64,000 nucleotides of DNA from an uncultured Bacillota bacterium. Its GTDB lineage: Bacteria; Bacillota_I; Bacilli_A; RFN20; CAG-826. The position numbers were made by a program, and so were the translations under genes. The notes below the pieces were generated by a model that searched no databases, was not told where the DNA came from, and saw only the letters and a program-made list of their open reading frames with translations. The stretch covers positions 77,558 to 141,557 of the forward strand of contig CASEPN010000003.1 in the NCBI GenBank assembly GCA_949289845.1. Reading direction: 5' to 3'. Shown here in pieces: positions 61,668 to 64,000 of this stretch. The number at the start of each line of letters is the position of its first letter. Position 1 is the stretch's first letter.

Positions 61668-62369
61668 ATGGAAGACACGAAGATTTCCGCCCCCGTCGAG
61701 AACGGGGAGCAGCCCTCCCAGGACCGCCGTCCCACGGGGAACCCGAACTACGAGCCCCGCGGATCCCGCGCCGCCGCCCGCCCGGGCGACCGGAAGTACG
61801 GGGACCGCAAGGGCCGTCCCGGCGAAAGGCGCGGAGGCCGCGGAGGCTTCCGGCGCGAGGACGACGAGTTCAAGGACAGGGTCGTCGACATCAACCGCAT
61901 CTCCCGCACGGAGAGCGGCGGACGCCACATCCGCTTCGACACCCTCGTCGTCGTGGGCGACCAGAAGGGCCACTACGGCTTCGCCCTCCGGAAGTCCGGG
62001 GAAGTGCCCGACGCCATCAAGAAGGCGATCGTCCAGGCCAAGAAGAAGCTCTACCTCATCCGCATCCGCAAGGGCACCATCGCCCACCGCGTCGTCGGCC
62101 GCTTCGAGAAGACGACCGTCGTCCTCCGTCCCGCGCCCGAGGGCACGGGCATCGTCGGCGGCGGCGCCACCCGCGCGATCCTCGAGCTCGCCGGGGTCCG
62201 CAACGTCGTCTGCAAGGTCCTGGGGAGCCGGACGCCCATCAACGTCGTCCGCGCCACCCACGACGCCCTCCTCCAGCTCAAGGACTACAAGACCGTGATG
62301 GTTCTCCGCGGGCTAAGGAAGGAGGAGGAGGCCCCGAAGGCCTCGGAAGGAGAGAAGCAGAATGGCTAA
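61668..62369 (+). CDS. rpsE: 30S ribosomal protein S5 with an Arg/Gly-rich N-terminal extension
   Basis: [36 protein letters not shown]; SD AAGGAG before ATG 61668. Confidence 0.95.
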   Translation: MEDTKISAPVENGEQPSQDRRPTGNPNYEPRGSRAAARPGDRKYGDRKGRPGERRGGRGGFRREDDEFKDRVVDINRISRTESGGRHIRFDTLVVVGDQKGHYGFALRKSGEVPDAIKKAIVQAKKKLYLIRIRKGTIAHRVVGRFEKTTVVLRPAPEGTGIVGGGATRAILELAGVRNVVCKVLGSRTPINVVRATHDALLQLKDYKTVMVLRGLRKEEEAPKASEGEKQNG

Positions 62370-62808
62370 GAACCTCCACTCCCTCGTGGCGATGCCCGGC
62401 TCCAAGACCGAGCACTTCCGCAAGGGCCAGGGCCGCGGGACCGGAAACGGCAAGACCGCCGGGCGCGGCCAGAAGGGCCAGGGCGCCCACAGCCACACCA
62501 AGAAGCGCGGCTTCGAGGGCGGGCAGATGCCCCTCATCCGCCGCATCCCGAAGTTCGGCTTCAAGAACGTGAACCGCCGCTCCTTCGCCCCCGTCAACCT
62601 CGAGGACCTGAACCGCTTCGAGGACGGGACGGAGGTCACCCCGGCCCTCCTCATGGAGACGGGGATGGTGAAAGACGCCCGCGATGGGATTAAAATCCTC
62701 GGCCGTGGGACGCTTGAGCGGAAGCTCAAGGTGAGCGCCCACGCCTTCTCCTCCTCCGCGAAAGCGTCGATCGAGGGGAAGGGCGGCACCGCCGAGGTCA
62801 TCCAGTAA
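62362..62808 (+). CDS. rplO: 50S ribosomal protein L15
   Basis: [32 protein letters not shown]. Confidence 0.96.
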   Translation: MAKNLHSLVAMPGSKTEHFRKGQGRGTGNGKTAGRGQKGQGAHSHTKKRGFEGGQMPLIRRIPKFGFKNVNRRSFAPVNLEDLNRFEDGTEVTPALLMETGMVKDARDGIKILGRGTLERKLKVSAHAFSSSAKASIEGKGGTAEVIQ

Positions 62809-64000
62809 TGAAAAAGCTCGCTTCGATCTTCAAGAACAAGGAAATCGTCAATCGGATCTTCTTCACGATAATGGTTCTCTTCGTCATCCGGATCGGAGCG
62901 GCCATCACCGTGCCGGGAGTCACCGTCTCCCAGGAGCTGAACGATCTGATGAACTCGGGGAACTCCCTCGCCCTCATGGATCTCCTCGGGGGCGGGGCGC
63001 TCTCCAACTTCTCGATCTTCGCCCTGGGGGTGAGCCCCTACATCACCTCGCAGATCATCATCCAGCTGCTCTCGAAGAACGTCCTGCCCGCGCTCACCGA
63101 GCTATCCAAGCAAGGCGAGCAGGGGCGGAAGAAGATCGAGATGGCGACCCGCTACCTGACGCTCCTCCTGGGCGCGGTCCAGGCCTACGGGATCATCCGG
63201 ACGATGATCAACAGCTCCTACATCTCCCTTAACCTGGACGACAACTTCGGGACTTACGTCTACATCATCGCCGTCCTCCTCGGAGGCGCGATGCTGACGA
63301 TGTGGCTGGGCGACCAGATCACGGAGAAGGGTCTCGGGAACGGAATCTCGATGATCATCTTCGCCGGCTGCGTCCGCTCGCTCCCGACCCAGATCACCAC
63401 CGCCTGGGACAAGTGGATCACGGGGAACGTGGCCCATGGCTCCGGCGAGATGGTGACGGGCGCCTTCCAGTTCGCGATCTACATCCTCGCCTTCCTCCTC
63501 ATCATCGGCTTCGTGGTCTTCATCGAGACTTCCCGCAGGAAGATCCCGGTGCAGAACGCCGGGAAGGGCAGGGCGACGAGCTCGATGGCAAGGGCCAGCT
63601 ACCTTCCCATCAAGCTGAACAGCGCCGGCGTCATCCCGGTCATCTTCGCGGCCTCATTGATGTCCGCCCCGGCGATCGTCGCCGGCTTCATCAGCCAGGA
63701 GGCGGCGGAGGCCGAGTGGCTCCAGATCTTCAACTACAACCAGACGTTCACGATGCCCTGGTTCGACGGGAGCCACTGGGAGATGAACTGGGGGCTCTTC
63801 ATCTACCTGGCGCTCATCATCGCCTTCAGCTTCTTCTACGCGCAGATGTCGATCGACCCGGAGAAGCTCGCCGACAACTTCCAGAAGAACGGCTCCTACA
63901 TCCCGGGCGTCCGCCCGGGGAAGGAGACGGAGCGCTACGTGGGCAAGGTGCTCAACCGGGTGACCTTCATGGGGTCGCTCGCCCTCGCCCTCATCGCCGC
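62808..64000 (+). CDS. secY: Preprotein translocase SecY (3'-truncated)
   Basis: [69 protein letters not shown]; open to the window end. Confidence 0.96.
   Translation, partial: MKKLASIFKNKEIVNRIFFTIMVLFVIRIGAAITVPGVTVSQELNDLMNSGNSLALMDLLGGGALSNFSIFALGVSPYITSQIIIQLLSKNVLPALTELSKQGEQGRKKIEMATRYLTLLLGAVQAYGIIRTMINSSYISLNLDDNFGTYVYIIAVLLGGAMLTMWLGDQITEKGLGNGISMIIFAGCVRSLPTQITTAWDKWITGNVAHGSGEMVTGAFQFAIYILAFLLIIGFVVFIETSRRKIPVQNAGKGRATSSMARASYLPIKLNSAGVIPVIFAASLMSAPAIVAGFISQEAAEAEWLQIFNYNQTFTMPWFDGSHWEMNWGLFIYLALIIAFSFFYAQMSIDPEKLADNFQKNGSYIPGVRPGKETERYVGKVLNRVTFMGSLALALIA

Overview
A GC-rich chromosomal core segment of a genome-reduced, Bacillota/Bacilli-type bacterium. Gene content and order resemble uncultured RFN20/RF39-like gut or rumen lineages (inference only). 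Genetic code 11 is supported by TGA stops and a prfB gene. No transposase, prophage, CRISPR array or rRNA was seen. Left to right: polyamine genes (a decarboxylase fused to agmatine deiminase, then aguB), a 5'-nucleotidase lipoprotein, patatin, RluA, YfhO; dnaX-ybaB-recR-tmk-holB-yaaT-rsmI on the minus strand; prfA-prmC-tsaC-rpiB-comFA-comFC; secA-prfB (programmed +1 frameshift)-yitT-uvrB-HAD; secG; folD coupled to a divergent ThyX-like gene; an M29 aminopeptidase; Y-family polymerase plus YolD; rmuC; tRNA-Ala(CGC); nrdG and nrdD(-redoxin fusion)-trxB; a ~600 bp AT-rich gap with DnaA-box-like 9-mers; mscL and a PTP-NUDIX fusion; rimK; a NadE with a decayed glutaminase domain; GtrA; HI0933; prs; a preQ1 riboswitch with queT-tgt-queA-queH; and the S10-spc ribosomal operon to partial secY, lacking rpmD and carrying long low-complexity extensions. 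The strongest leads are (1) about 13 transcription-unit heads with a -10 hexamer 6-9 nt before the ATG and no SD (pervasive leaderless mRNAs), (2) a non-canonical ThyX-like candidate thymidylate synthase coupled to folD, (3) an NrdD-redoxin fusion with coupled TrxB, (4) the decarboxylase-AguA fusion, and (5) a possible dnaA-distal oriC. All product calls come from motif recognition, not database searches.
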